A stretch of 63,820 bases of DNA, filler included, from Platydemus manokwari (GCA_037951405.1; 4 parts of 4 records of this genome joined end to end with filler, not necessarily neighbours in it), one strand, 5' to 3'. Shown: positions 27,408 through 39,927, counted from the whole stretch's first letter. A program made the numbers and translations. The notes: generated by a model not told the origin, from the letters alone.

Positions 27408-28025
27408 TTGAAACAATTTCTCCAATTCAATATGGAGAACAACCTCTTTCAAGACACAGTGGGAAACGAACCTCCAATCGAGAGAGTGGATGTAACTACA
27501 CCTACAACGGTGCCAGAGCCAAACAGTGGAGCAACACAGGCTCCATTGCTAGCATCAAGTCAAACACGTAGACCACGTGGTAGACCACCCAAGTCTACTC
27601 GTGTTCAGCCCTCGTTTGAACAAACAAACAACGGAATAGCAACCCAACCACAGTCAACTACATCCGCGTCACAAGGGAGGCGACCAAAGCACACAAATTA
27701 CCAGACGCACGCGCAATTGCTGATGCATCTAGCAGATCAAATCGAAACCACACATAGACCGGAGATTAGAAGCTTTCTGATCAGGATTGCAAAAGGGATC
27801 GACCCAGGAAACAGTGGATTGTCTCAAGAGGACACATTAGATTACGAGGATCTGATACAAGAAATCAAAGGATATGTACGGAAAATACATGACATATTCG
27901 CTCAACTAGATAAGCTCGAACCAGAGAAAGTAATGAGAGATTTGACTGGATCAGGTCTCACGGAAACTAGAGCAAAACTAGCCATTACATGTCTAGTCGA
28001 CAAAGTCCTGACTGCACAAAAATGA
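27408..28025 (+). CDS. Retroelement-internal ORF with an AT-hook, between gag and pol
   Basis: 205-aa open frame with a low-complexity T/P/Q/S region containing RRPRGRPPK, followed by a helical-looking segment. Confidence 0.55.
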   Translation: MKQFLQFNMENNLFQDTVGNEPPIERVDVTTPTTVPEPNSGATQAPLLASSQTRRPRGRPPKSTRVQPSFEQTNNGIATQPQSTTSASQGRRPKHTNYQTHAQLLMHLADQIETTHRPEIRSFLIRIAKGIDPGNSGLSQEDTLDYEDLIQEIKGYVRKIHDIFAQLDKLEPEKVMRDLTGSGLTETRAKLAITCLVDKVLTAQK

Positions 28026-28559
28026 ACACAACACAGTTTCAAAACGAGCTAAATCTGTTATCTAGACTAGCAGACCAATATTTGGGCCCATAAATCCAAA
28101 CACAAGGTGGATCTAGCCGTTTCGGATTAGTAAACCAACCTATTACAGACTTCTTAGGGGGATTAAGAGGCGGATCGTTCAACAGGATTATCAAAATATT
28201 ACTTATACTTGGATTAATCTGGAAATCAACTCTGCTCGAATTCAACCATATACTCAATGGTGAACTTAATGAAATGTCCCAGCATGGAAATCCACAACGT
28301 CACCAAGGGGCCAGAAGAAACATATTTCATTTATCAGGAATTGGATTTTTAAAGGACAAAAATCCGCAAATGTCGAGTCAATAAGGCTGTCATTCGTTAT
28401 CATTGCGAGACATGGAGTCATACCTCTGTAGTCGACGCTAAACTGGTACCCTTAAGCGTAGAAATTTCGTCCGATGTTTGTGAGAATGCATTATCACTCA
28501 ACTAAAGTGCGTAGTTTACGACTGGTCAACAGACAAACTGGTCAAGATCCGTAGAGAAC

Positions 28560-31500
28560 GAAGACGCCAGAGCAACGATGTATATCTGGGAGAAGACATA
28601 GTTATTCCGTCACGAACGGAAATGATATGTTTCTTTAAAACCAAAGGGGCAGAGCAAAAAAATGTTGTGTTCAAGCCAAATCAACAGCTGATGGATCGCA
28701 AAAGTATTCCTATTAGTTCATGCATAGTCACGGTCATTAAAGGCAAAATCCCCATTCGAGTAGCCAACACAGCATAACCATTACTGCCACACACGGATAC
28801 ACAAGTCGGGGGACCCACGGAATCTGCATTAGTTGCACAAGAAGCAGTCAAAACCAAGGTTTATGGACCACTAGAGGACAAGACCTCAGAGATTAAACCG
28901 CCACAATGTGAACAAATTACTAAATTGCTAAACCAGTATAAAGCAGCTTGCGCCAATCACAAATACGATTTAAGACGCTCCAATTTATTGCAACATCGAA
29001 TTGAGCTCATCAACTCACAACCGATTTGTCAAAGGGAGTACCGATTACCTATAGTAATGAAAGCTGAAGTACAGCGACAGATCATGGAACTAGCAAAACA
29101 AGGGCATATCCCTCCCAGCCACTCACCTTGGAGATCACTCATAGTGATGGTAAAGACCAAAGAAAGAACAATGAAGATGTGCATTGACTATAGGAAAGTC
29201 AGCTATCAAACACGGAAAGATACGTTTCCTTTACCATTAATGGATGAAATGGTTAACAGAGTAAGAGGAGCTGACCTCTTCTCTACATTTGACTTACAAA
29301 CCGGGTATAATAATATCCTGATGGAAGAAGAATTCATCCCAATAACGGCATTCACAGTTGGAAAGGGCTTATACGAGTTCATAGTCATGCCGTTTAGACT
29401 CACGGAAGCCCCGGCCAAGTTCCAGAGAGCTATGAATTAAATGCTCATAGATGTTCATCACGCAAATGGTATACATTGACGATGTTATTATTTACTCAAA
29501 AGGCTACGATGAACACCTCCAAGATATCGAAAATGTACTGAGAAAGATGATTGCTAAACAGATTAAATTAAAGCCCACCAAATGTGAGTGGGCACGAAAG
29601 GAAGTTAAATATATGGATCATATCGTATCCGGAGTCGTGATCAAACCAGACAAGGCCTACATAACAAAGGTGGAACAGTACCCACGTCCAAAATATATGA
29701 AACACATTCAGGAGTTTTTAGGTTTGGTTAATTACTACCTCAAATTCATACGGAATTGCGCTTCAATAGCAACATCGCTAACACAATTGTTACAAAAGAA
29801 TAAGCCGTTCAAAATAAGCACGAAACAAGAGGATGCTTTCACACAATTAAAACAGGTCTTAATAGCAGAACCCATCTTGAGACGCCCAAGTATGGCAAAG
29901 TCATTTATTTTAATGACGGTCACCAGCGGTTATGTAATAGGAGCCGTTTTAGGCCAAATAGATGAAGAAGGAAACGAATATGCCATCGCTTATGTAAGCC
30001 GGGGTCTCAAGAGTCACGGAAAGAATTAGGCGGTAATTGAGCTAGAAGTGTTAGCTATTGTTTACGCGGTGGAGAGATTTATAGCATTTGATTTAGAACA
30101 CGAGATTCATGTCCTCACAGATCATAAACCACTCCAGTGGAAACTACAACACCGGGACATCGTATACAGGCTCATTCGTTGGGCATTAAAATTCGGACAA
30201 CACAACATTAAGATCTGCTATCGGAAAGGTAATGCGAAAGCTTTATCAAGAGCAGACACGCATACGTACGATACGGAAAACATTTTCACAGCTGTTTGCG
30301 GACTATCAACTGTCAATAAACTATTGGAAGCACAGCAACAGGACATAGAAATAAGGCAAATAGTCAATCTGATGGACAATATTCCATCCAGTTGGGACAA
30401 GGTAGACTTTGAAGGGTTACCAAGAACAAACCATCATAGCGAATGCCTTATTTGGAAATATAAGAAGAATTTTCTATTCGAAGAGGATATTCTCAAATGG
30501 AATGATGAACAACGGAGACTCATAGTCATCCCAACAGACGTTCAACAAGCAGTGTTACTGCAGTATCATGATGGCACACTCGGAGACCATTTGTCAACAA
30601 AGAAAACCTTGTCACGAATCACACAAAAATACTTTTGGCTCATAATGTGAGTCGATGTCAAACAATGGTGTCAGACTTGTAAAATCTGTCAGACCAGTCG
30701 CAATACAGGAACTAAATACAAGGCACCATTAAAGCCGTTACTCATTCCAGGCGCATCAATGGAAAGACTAGCCATGGATATAGTCGGACCACTATCAATG
30801 AGCAAAAACGGGAACAAATAAATTCTAGTATTTATTGATCATATGACTAGGTGGTCCGAAGCCTATGCGGTACCGGACAAGAAGGCCAGCACATTGCCTA
30901 AAATCTTTGTAGAGGAAATCGTGTATAGTCATGGCGCACTTAAATAAATCCTAACCGATCAGGGAACAGAGTTTCTCAACGAAACACTGGAGGCCGTGAA
31001 CCAACAGTTCAAAATAACCAAACTCACCACGACTGCATATCACCCAAAGTGCAACGGATTGGTCGAAAAAGTTAATGGTACGCTCATTAATATGCTCACG
31101 TCCTATACCAATGCAGCACAAAATGATTGAGATGTTCACATATTATCTTGTCTTTACGCTTATCGAAATGCAGAGCAAGTCAGTACAGGTTATTCTCCTT
31201 TTTATCTCATGAATCGCCGACCAAGCAACCGGCCAATTGATGTCGAAATAATGCCAAAGCTATCCCAATATATAGATGACGAAGGTTACGTCATCTCAAT
31301 GAAAGAAAGACTATCAGAAGCTTGGCTATAGGCCAAAAGAAACCTACGATTTGCTCAGAAAACAAATCAAAACAGTTTAAAAATAGGATATAAGGTCATG
31401 CTAGAAAGCAAAGCATGCCTCAAAAGGATATCACCCAAACTAACTAGGCCATTTAAAGGCCTATATATCGTTGAAAAAGTCATCAACACAAATCTAGCCA

Positions 31501-31661
31501 TTCGAGCCATCGGTAGAAGCAATACAGAACTCATGTGGATTCATATTAATAGGTGTAAAAAATACAATGAGCAGGATAATAAAACCCTGACCCAAACAGA
31601 AACAGGAAAATCGTCAAAAAAGACAAGGGAGATTCCCAAACCATCACAGAATACTCATTAA
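28560..31661 (+). pseudogene. Gypsy pol (RT, RNase H, integrase), disrupted
   Basis: RT: SPWRS, MCIDYRK, FPLP, FSTFDLQTGY, MPFRL, YIDDV. RNase H: IAYVSR, ELEVLAIV, TDHKPL. Integrase: H..H..CQTC, AMDIVGPL, TDQGTEF, GLVEKVN, RPFKGLY. Multiple in-frame stops and frameshifts. Confidence 0.93.
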
Positions 31662-32620
31662 TACCCGCAACGGTCACAGGTATAACCGTCTTGAGCATAT
31701 TAGCATTCCTAGGCCAAGCTGAATCGGCCAAGTTACTAGACGAGCATTGGTCTATCGAATGGGAATCCCTCTGGATGCCTGCAGAAGCCGTAGAACAGAA
31801 CCAAAATAGGAAAATAGCTACCCTCAACACAGTCAATGGGACTTATCAGTCCGCTATGTTCGACACGGAACATCTATTTGACGACCCCTTACCAAAGGAT
31901 GTTGCTACACTTAGGCTTTATCAATATAGCAAGAAAAAGCATATGCTCATACAAAACGAGTCGAGCCTGTCCCATCCTGTTACGGAAATGGTATAAAACG
32001 ACTCGTAAATCTGTCACACGGCATCAAGTGCAGAGAATAGCATACGAAATGAATCCAGCCTTATCGGCGCAACTTTAACAATAAGCGACTGAAAAAATAT
32101 GCTCATTGAGCAACGGATAGAAGAGGACCCTCCCAGCGACACGGTAATCAACCCAATGGTTACGCAACAAACAACCATTTTTGCAAGCACACAATTCACG
32201 AATCAAACAATAAAAGTACGAACAGAGCGAGGAGCATTAGGCAAGTACATATGATTATACTCATATGCACTTGCCTAATGCTCCTCGCTCTGTTCGTATT
32301 TTTATTGGGCGGACTAATATATTGTCAACAGAAGAAGAGGCATGAGTACACGGAACCCGTATACTATGCTTCTATGGTATAATTCATAATTAAATATCCT
32401 TATTTATCTGTCATCTATTCGTATTATTTCATTAAAGGCATCACTAATAGTTGTTCGAATATTATTGATGATCTATTGTTCAACCAGGCATACAATATTG
32501 TTGGAAACAACACTATTACTTGCCTATAAATTTAGATGTATTTTCAGACAGGCAAGCAGATCATTCAACTTCAGAACTACCACCTCTCTCTCTCCTCCTC
32601 AACCTCAATGCCAAAAATAA
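31640..32620 (+). pseudogene. env-like ORF remnant
   Basis: Lies immediately after integrase. Signal-like TVTGITVLSILAFLGQAES, N-glycosylation sequons (NGT, NES, NQT), and a distal hydrophobic stretch (SLIVVRILLMIYCS...LLLAY). Short and frameshifted. Confidence 0.5.
32208..32307. repeat. 100-bp foldback (47-bp arms, 2 mismatches, 6-nt loop)
   Basis: caataaaagtacgaacagagcgaggagcattaggcaagtacatatga - ttatac - tcatatgcacttgcctaatgctcctcgctctgttcgtatttttattg. Confidence 0.95.
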
Positions 32621-33969
32621 CCAAATGAGATAACGAGAAGGCACCCGGCAAAGCATATCACAAACTAATGATGCAGGAACGAGCCAGGGATCAAAGCCTT
32701 AAGTATTTTGCAGACCAAACTAGTTTCCCAAATGATTTAAAATTCGGAAGTCGAGGACCATCGTAGAACTTCCATTACCCGGGAGAGGAATGGAGACGTC
32801 AACATTGCTACTTGCATACTACAGGGGAACCTATTACAATATGGATGGGCGGACTCGACCAGCTCATCGAGATGTCTCTCTTCCAAACCCTAAAAATTAC
32901 CGAGTGTGAAATTACCGATTAGCCAAGGCTCAAGTAGAAATCTTTATGGCAACAACCACACTCGTCATTGAAAGAGAAAGTGACGAATATCTACCATATG
33001 TACCCTTTTTACATGTCACACCATTCATTTATCAGGACATCAATGTCCGAAACAGAAATCAGAACAAAAGTCTTATTCCTAAGTGTGCGCATGGTTGCTA
33101 CCGCGAACATGACGGCATGACAGGAAACGGAAAATTCCCTAGTTGCTATCACTGTGCTCAACTACCAGGATAATCAATTCCAGAGTCTCACCACGACGAC
33201 GCCTCCGGCATTGGAAGAACGACGGATCAGATACCATCACCGACAAAGATATTATAGGACAGTTGGACGAAGTCCTATATCAACACAAACTGAGGCAAAT
33301 AACACAAGGGAGAGTAATTATCGAATACAAGATGGCGGATGCATTAGAAGCATGTGGGATTAATCCACATCATCTCATTGGGATTGGTGACATTGCACGG
33401 GCAAAAAATCTAGCCAGCAGAGGTTTATGTCACCAGCAAAGCCTACAAATGGTCAACGATTTGCAAGGCCGTTATGCCTAATTGTGTTCCAGATAGGCAA
33501 TAAGCTGTACCTAAACATGGAATCTAAGTGGGAGGATCAGGTGCAGAATGTGATTGAACAGACCATGGAGATCGAATAAGTTAAACTAATGGGTGACTTG
33601 GTCATAGACAAGAAACAAACCCAACAACCCATGAGTGAACAGGGGAAAAATGTCCCATCAGCGCCAACATTAAAGACGATTAATGCGGCCACTGTAGACA
33701 GAGTCGTATTAAAGAAATTAGATCCAATAATGGCACCAAGTCCCCCAACCAGTATGAACAAAAAGAAACATCAAGAAAAAGAAAGCAAGAAATTTAACCT
33801 AATGGAAGTCGATATGGACTGCGAGGAATGCGGACCAAGTACGTCCAGCAAACCACCATCAACATCCGAAAAAAGAAGTATCTGGTCTCTTCCAAAAATA
33901 CCAAAAAAGACAAACAAGCCGTACCCTAAGAAAACCAAGATACCTGATAAAATTGCTAAAGTAACATAA
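32608..33969 (+). pseudogene. Accessory 3' ORF of the Gypsy element (Cys/His cluster, basic C-terminus), fragmented
   Basis: ATG at 32608, then consecutive sense ORFs 32946-33173 (CAHGCYREH...CYHC), 33143-33481 and 33589-33969 (K/P/S-rich), all upstream of the PPT. Confidence 0.5.
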
Positions 33970-34385
33970 CAAGCGTTCATTATGCTGATGAGAAAACCAA
34001 ACAAACCATGTTCCTGGCATATCGGAACCCAAACCTCAAAGCAGTACTAGTAGAGGAAACTTCAGGATCTTGAGTTCCAATGAACCTAACAGTAGGGAAG
34101 GACTAGGACACAGTGGATCTCATGGATGACAGAAAATGAGGATCGTGCCTGCAAGCTACAAACTATCTTATCATTATTCGTGACAATGAACTCATAATTT
34201 GTGACAATTATATTTTGTGATTCATTAACCATATTTTTTACTTGGTGATCAGTTCAATGCTTGCATTATTGTAAACAGTACTCATTATTTTATTCAGTTG
34301 TATTCCATGTAAAAGTTTGTCGTGACCCTACCTCCCTTTTCTTCTGTTCTAATTTTCGGGACGAAAATCTTAAAGGGGGGAGATA

Positions 34386-35284
34386 TGCTGAGATAATATA
34401 CCTACACAGGCTGCAAGCCTTATAATATAAAATATTACATAACAATATTTTTATCGCAAATTAGATTAATAATATGCTTAAAATTTTTGAAAAAGAATTA
34501 TAATCCACGTTGCCATGGCATTAATAAGCATAGTCATAGAAAATCAAATTGCCATGACAACGGTGGATGTTGCCAAGGGAATTAGTAAATTAAATATAAT
34601 ATTAATCATGCGCTCACACTCCAAATCGCTAGAAATACTAAAGTAAAATTCAGTATTTTCGCCACAAACTTAACTAATTCTAAGCGGATTATTGTTCAAG
34701 CGCTATTTCAAATATAATATTCTGCGAACCAGGCCGTGCAATCTGATAATTAGAATAAGTTAAACGAATTACTGTTCTAGCGCGACTTTGAATTCAATTT
34801 TTGGCGAACCAGACATCGAAATCTGATTTTTATTTACGTTATATGTTCATTTCACAATGGTAAATTTTAATTGTTACACTAATCAACTGATATCACTCTC
34901 TGAAAAGAAATTGTCAGTCATTAATACCTCGCAAAGTCGTGACTGAATTTGTGAGCATTAAAATCAAATTTCCTAAGTTTTCATATCGCAGTGGGGCGCC
35001 ACTTAGTTCTCTCTGGTGGTTTTTCATTACTGATAAAACTCTTCAGAGCACGACAAGCTTCTCTTTCTTAAATCAATACGCATTGCACATTTGCTAATTT
35101 GTTATTATAATAGAGTATTTTATCATATTTTTATATACACGCAACCCATTAATCTGTGAAGTTTCAGACATTGATGGAAACATCAATCTCTAACTCACGG
35201 CCTCACATCTAATAATATAGTAAATTATCGATTGAAAAATCGTTGATTTATTATTAATTAATCACCAAATAACCCAACCCAACA
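34386..35284 (+). mobile_element. 3' LTR of the Gypsy element
   Basis: Starts with TG directly after the PPT, ends ...cccaaCA; two internal ~90-bp repeats (gcg..ttcaaat...gaaccag). Confidence 0.88.
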
Positions 35285-35304
35285 GAATTCCAACTAAATC
35301 AAGG

Positions 35305-35500
35305 AAGAAGAAATGTAAATGGATTATTTTCGGTTTTCAAAATTAAGGATTTTTCGTAAATTTTGTGTATTTATTAATTAAGAAAAATAAATGCTAAATA
35401 GTTGGAAGAAAGCTGGTATAGAAACAATAACCACTCGGAAATTATTTGTAACTATTAAGAGAAACTAAAACGATTTATAAACGATTTATTACTAATCCAA
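35305..35500. repeat. Local duplication, partner at about 39682-39860
   Basis: Near-identical aagaagaaatgtaaatggattatttt...caaaattaaggatttttcgtaaa...aataaccactcggaaattatttgtaac in both places. Confidence 0.85.
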
Positions 35501-35675
35501 ATATATTCAAATCCAAATAAAGCTCGCATTAATTCTATTTTTATGAATGGCAATTCAAAAAACAATTCATTTGAATAGATATATTTCAAGAAAATAGTCT
35601 TAGCAAGTAAATATGAGCAACAACTTTATAACGATTATATTTCATGAAAAGGTTAATGGACAACTAAACCAAATA

Positions 35676-35994
35676 TCATTTTCCATGTCCACTGTTATGC
35701 ATTTGATGGCGAGTATCTATCGCTTTTGCAAAATCAATCATCTCTTTCAAAAGGATCAGTAATTCCTCGCGAGTCCTTATTTTGTAATTATCTGGAACGG
35801 ATTGAAATGTGGCACTGTCGAAACACAGGAGAACTAAACAATCGAAATATTTGTAAATAAATGATCCAAATAATTAGTAAAACTATCTAAATTTTATTGA
35901 GAACAATTAAATCGAGATTCGTTTATAGTATTAAAATCCATGAAATTGTAAGTTCAAACTTACCAAAAACAGGCGAAAATTTAACCAATCTCAT
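35676..35994 (-). CDS. Candidate small secreted peptide (neuropeptide-like) precursor, 62 aa
   Basis: Exon 35994-35964 with GTAAGT donor, 130-nt intron, TTTAG acceptor, exon 35833-35676, in phase. Product MRLVKFSPVFVLLCFDSATFQSVPDNYKIRTREELLILLKEMIDFAKAIDTRHQMHNSGHGK*: signal-like N-terminus and G-K-stop amidation signature. Confidence 0.6.
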
Positions 35995-38499
35995 TGCCGA
36001 AGAACGACTTATTGGAGTTGGTGTTAATAAAATAAATGAATTATATATTAGCTATTCCATATCTAATCCCAAATATTTTTTTAAAGCTTTTCATTTTTGT
36101 ATTTTACTTTCAAAATATTGATCATTTCTCGTTCGTGATTCCATGGTTATCAATATTAAAAATTTATTCGATGATCAATCCAATGGTTTGGAAAGTTATG
36201 GTTCAAATAGTTGATGGCATCATACATCTGTTTCCTACAATTTGCGTTGTGAAGAAGGGAGATAATTTTCATCTTTGACAATTGTCTTGAAGAAATAGTG
36301 TAATTTTAAGAATGCGATGAAAATTATTAGTTGTATTTTATTCCTCATTTTATTCGCACCATTACCAACTGCACCAAACGTTCGTCAGGAGATTTGCATG
36401 TGTTCTTTTCCCAACACCTCCAATTGATTTAAATCTCTCAATTAAAGAACACTCTAACTTGTGATCGATTGATATGACGTAAAAAATTCTTAAAATTTAG
36501 GTCACTTTACAACAGTTAAATATTCTGTACAATTGTTTTTGAAATAAAGCCACTCTGTTTATTCGTTGGTGTTTGTAGCATCATTGATATTGAATAGATG
36601 TACACCAATCAAATAATCAATAATTAAAAGAATTTGAATTTTCAAATTTAGTAAAATTTATGCGATACAACAAAGAATGCCATTTTTTAAAATATTCAAT
36701 GAGTTTCCACAGATTTTGTGTGAAAATTTTTAATTTAAGAGAATATTTTCTAATAAATTCTACAATTCGAAACTTGAGTCATTCAAATAGTTTATTTCTC
36801 AAATCGATAATAATCGCATAAAGTCTAGAAATACGCTGTATTGATAGATATCGTTTTGTTAAAAATATTGGATTACACAATTATATTAACATTTTAAAAT
36901 TGAAGGTTTTCTCCGACATTAAGTTATTGGAAGTGCTTGTTAATATTTTTAATAAAATAAAATATAATCAAAATAATACTTGATATTGACAATAATAAAG
37001 AACCGATTGGGAAATTCATTTTCGATTTGTTTCCAAAATCTATTTAAAATATAAAAAAATAAATATTGATTATATTTTGGTTAACAAATTTAAAGAAAAT
37101 CGATAATTATTTCAGAAATATTTTTGATGAAAATTATTTATTATTTTAATTTCTATTGAGATAAAAAATAATTTAACTATAAATTAATTCGATTTCATTT
37201 CAAGGAAATTTATCACATCCCGGTTTCAATGAAACGAAGCCGTTTTTCTAAAATTAAAATAATTAATACAAATTAAGAAACCCTTCATTAATTTAAAGTC
37301 GATATAGAAGCGATTAGGAAATTAAACTAAAAATAGAAAAAAAGGAATTGCTTCACACCAGTGAAGTCATTTGAAATTCAATTTTAAAAGTTCGTTCATA
37401 TAATTTTAAAATATTTTAAAAGTGGTGTGGAAAAAATATTGGAATACAAGAAATATTATTATAAAAAGATAAAAGAAATAAATCCATCTTAAAATTTCTA
37501 ATATTTGTACATTTAATAAACTATTATTAAATGAAAAGTAAAGAGAAAATATTTTATTTAATGAAATATCATCGAAAAGAAAGGATTTAAAAACCAGGAA
37601 TCTTTGGTCAAATTGGTGATAATATAATGACAAAATATACATTAATAAAAACCCAAACTCACTTTCACTGAAATCTTACCATGAAACCAATAGCGTTTTT
37701 TATGTAAAAACCGACCAATGAAATTTAATGAATTCGATTATATGATATAAAATAATTTCTATGAATTCAAACAACGATTGAAATAATTTGAAGCAAATTT
37801 AAATAATTACCCCCAAATATTTAAGGGTTTCGATGGTTTGTTGATTAAACTATTGCCAGCTAAAATAGTTAGTCAATTGATAGACAGACCTGGTAATGTA
37901 CTTACTTATAAATATCATAAAACATCTCGAATCCATCTCTCTATACTTCGTTTGTTGGTGAATTCGAACTCACAGAATCTCGATTTCCATTTACATTGAT
38001 TCAAACATCAGCATGTCTGGCATAGATGCGATTATTTTAAATTAAATTAAAATTTCTAAAATTTTAAAATTTAATTTTGTATAATTTTTTTTGTATAAAG
38101 TCAATTTAATTTGTTTAAATAAATATATTTAAAGACATAATTAGTTATCGTGTCTTTTCAGTTCGTTTTCGATGCGTGTTTTATAGTGTAGTAACGGCTT
38201 ACAATACATATGACAGTTATATATAATATATTGAGATTTATGTTTAAATATTATTTTACCAGTCAACAAATTTGCAACATATTTAGTAAAGTAAAATGTT
38301 TGGGTTTTATCATTAATAAATTGCGAATATCTGATTTATTATGCAATCAAAATCATAATTTAAATATTTAACAAATCTATCAAGCTGAATTTTTCAAACT
38401 CGATTAAGCCAAGTCGTCATTAATATCACTAACATCATAAAAATGCATTTTGATTTTATGTGGTATCAATGAATCACAGTTCCTTATTTTAAATACCTT

Positions 38500-39272
38500 C
38501 GCTGGATTATTGATATCCCTTGCTTTTATTTGGATCTTTGTTGTCCCCTTCTCTATATTTGTATAACATTCACTTTCATGATGTCCTCGTTATTGACATC
38601 TGCGGCACTTTGTGACATTTGTGCAATTTCTCACCATATGACCTACTCGGTGACAAACGTAGCACGTCACAACTTTACGATTTTCAATTTTGTGCTATAT
38701 GCCTTAGTTTTTGGCAATAATAGCACGTCCTATTATCTACCATTCTTTCCGGAGACCTGGGTTTTGATTGCGCTCTGACTATCGTGGTCCATTCTCCTAC
38801 TCCTACATTATTTACTTCTTTCTTAATTTCTTATTTCACCTGGCTTTTTTGGCGTTTTTTACTTGATCCACTTCTTCAATATCCCTCATTTTAATTTCTT
38901 TCTCTAACTCCACATTATCTGCACAATGCATCAAGAGGAGAGCAGTTAGCTTCTTTTTAGTTATGTTATGAGACAATATGTCTTCAACCAGTTAATCTAC
39001 CTTTTTAAAATACACGTCAGCTGGATAGGCCTCCATCCAAACTTTTTCCTCAGTCTATCATCTTACCTCATCTTGCCATCTGTCACCTCAAATTGCTGTA
39101 TTAAGCCGTCGTCCAGTCGTGCTAATACGATAGAGTATTGGACGTGCTTTAGGATTTTTCCAACCTTGAAATATCGATTACACTTTTTAATAAAGTGTTT
39201 GACGTTATCTCCCATTTTGAATTTATCTGGCAACAGCAAACATAGAATCACATTCAAGTGATGGTCGCCATG
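38500..39272 (-). mobile_element. LTR-retrotransposon 5' remnant: LTR end, PBS and gag
   Basis: Minus strand ...taaCA-TGGCGACCAT (PBS-like, 39270-39261); gag N-terminus PDKFKMGDNVKHFIKKCNRYF; knuckles CYVCHRVGHMVRNC and CRRCQ*RGHHESEC. Confidence 0.75.
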
Positions 39273-39927
39273 TTAGTTGCTAACACTTCTACGTTTTTTA
39301 TGTTGGATTCAAAAGTCATAATCGTTAAGCGCAAAAAATATTTTAATATTACATATTTTCCAAACAAATATTATATTATTTTTAGCCTTGTTTAAAAATT
39401 CAAATTATCATCAATTTAAAAATTATTTTTTAACATATTTTTATTTTAAATTTTATAAATTGTTTTTTTAAAAAATTTTGAAAGGTTACAGTAATGGTTT
39501 GAACAAGATAAATACAAATAATAAATATTTTTAATATAGTTAATTAAAAATATTTTTTAAAAATTATTAATCATAATTTAAATAATAAACCTCACATCAT
39601 CAATTTCTTGTTTTCTCTTCATGATAACAGATAATTTAATCAATAAATCAAATCTAGTTTGTTTATAAAAATTAAGTCGATGAAGAAGAAATGTAAATGG
39701 ATTATTTTCTGGTTTCAAAATTAAGGATTTTTCGTAAACGTTATGTGTATTTATGAATTTAAAAAAGAAAATGCGAAATAATTGGAACAAAGGTGGTATA
39801 AAAATAATAACCACTCGGAAATTATTTGTAACGATCAAGACAAACGAAAGCGATTTATAAGTTTTGATAATTCTCTGATCAAACCAATCCTAATGAATAA
39901 TATATTATTCACCATTATGTTACTTTA

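Larger units (their letters stand above)
25345..35284 (+). mobile_element. Ty3/Gypsy LTR retrotransposon, decayed, with env-like and accessory ORFs
   Basis: 5' LTR reduced to a ~85-bp remnant (25345-25430, matching about 34665-34750); gag with CCHC knuckles; RT, RNase H, integrase in Gypsy order; ttttcgggacgaaaat palindrome and PPT AAAGGGGGGAGATA (34372-34385); 3' LTR 34386-35284. Confidence 0.92.

Noticed and set aside
28925-31661. Alternative genetic code or programmed readthrough to explain stops in pol
   Set aside because: TAA, TAG and TGA and frameshifts all occur at random, and host genes translate cleanly with the standard code; ordinary decay.
22205-35284. Treating the two LTRs as the ends of one 13-kb element
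   Set aside because: They are clearly diverged, a gap lies between them, no PBS follows 23158, flanks give no TSD, and a separate 5' LTR remnant exists at 25345-25430.
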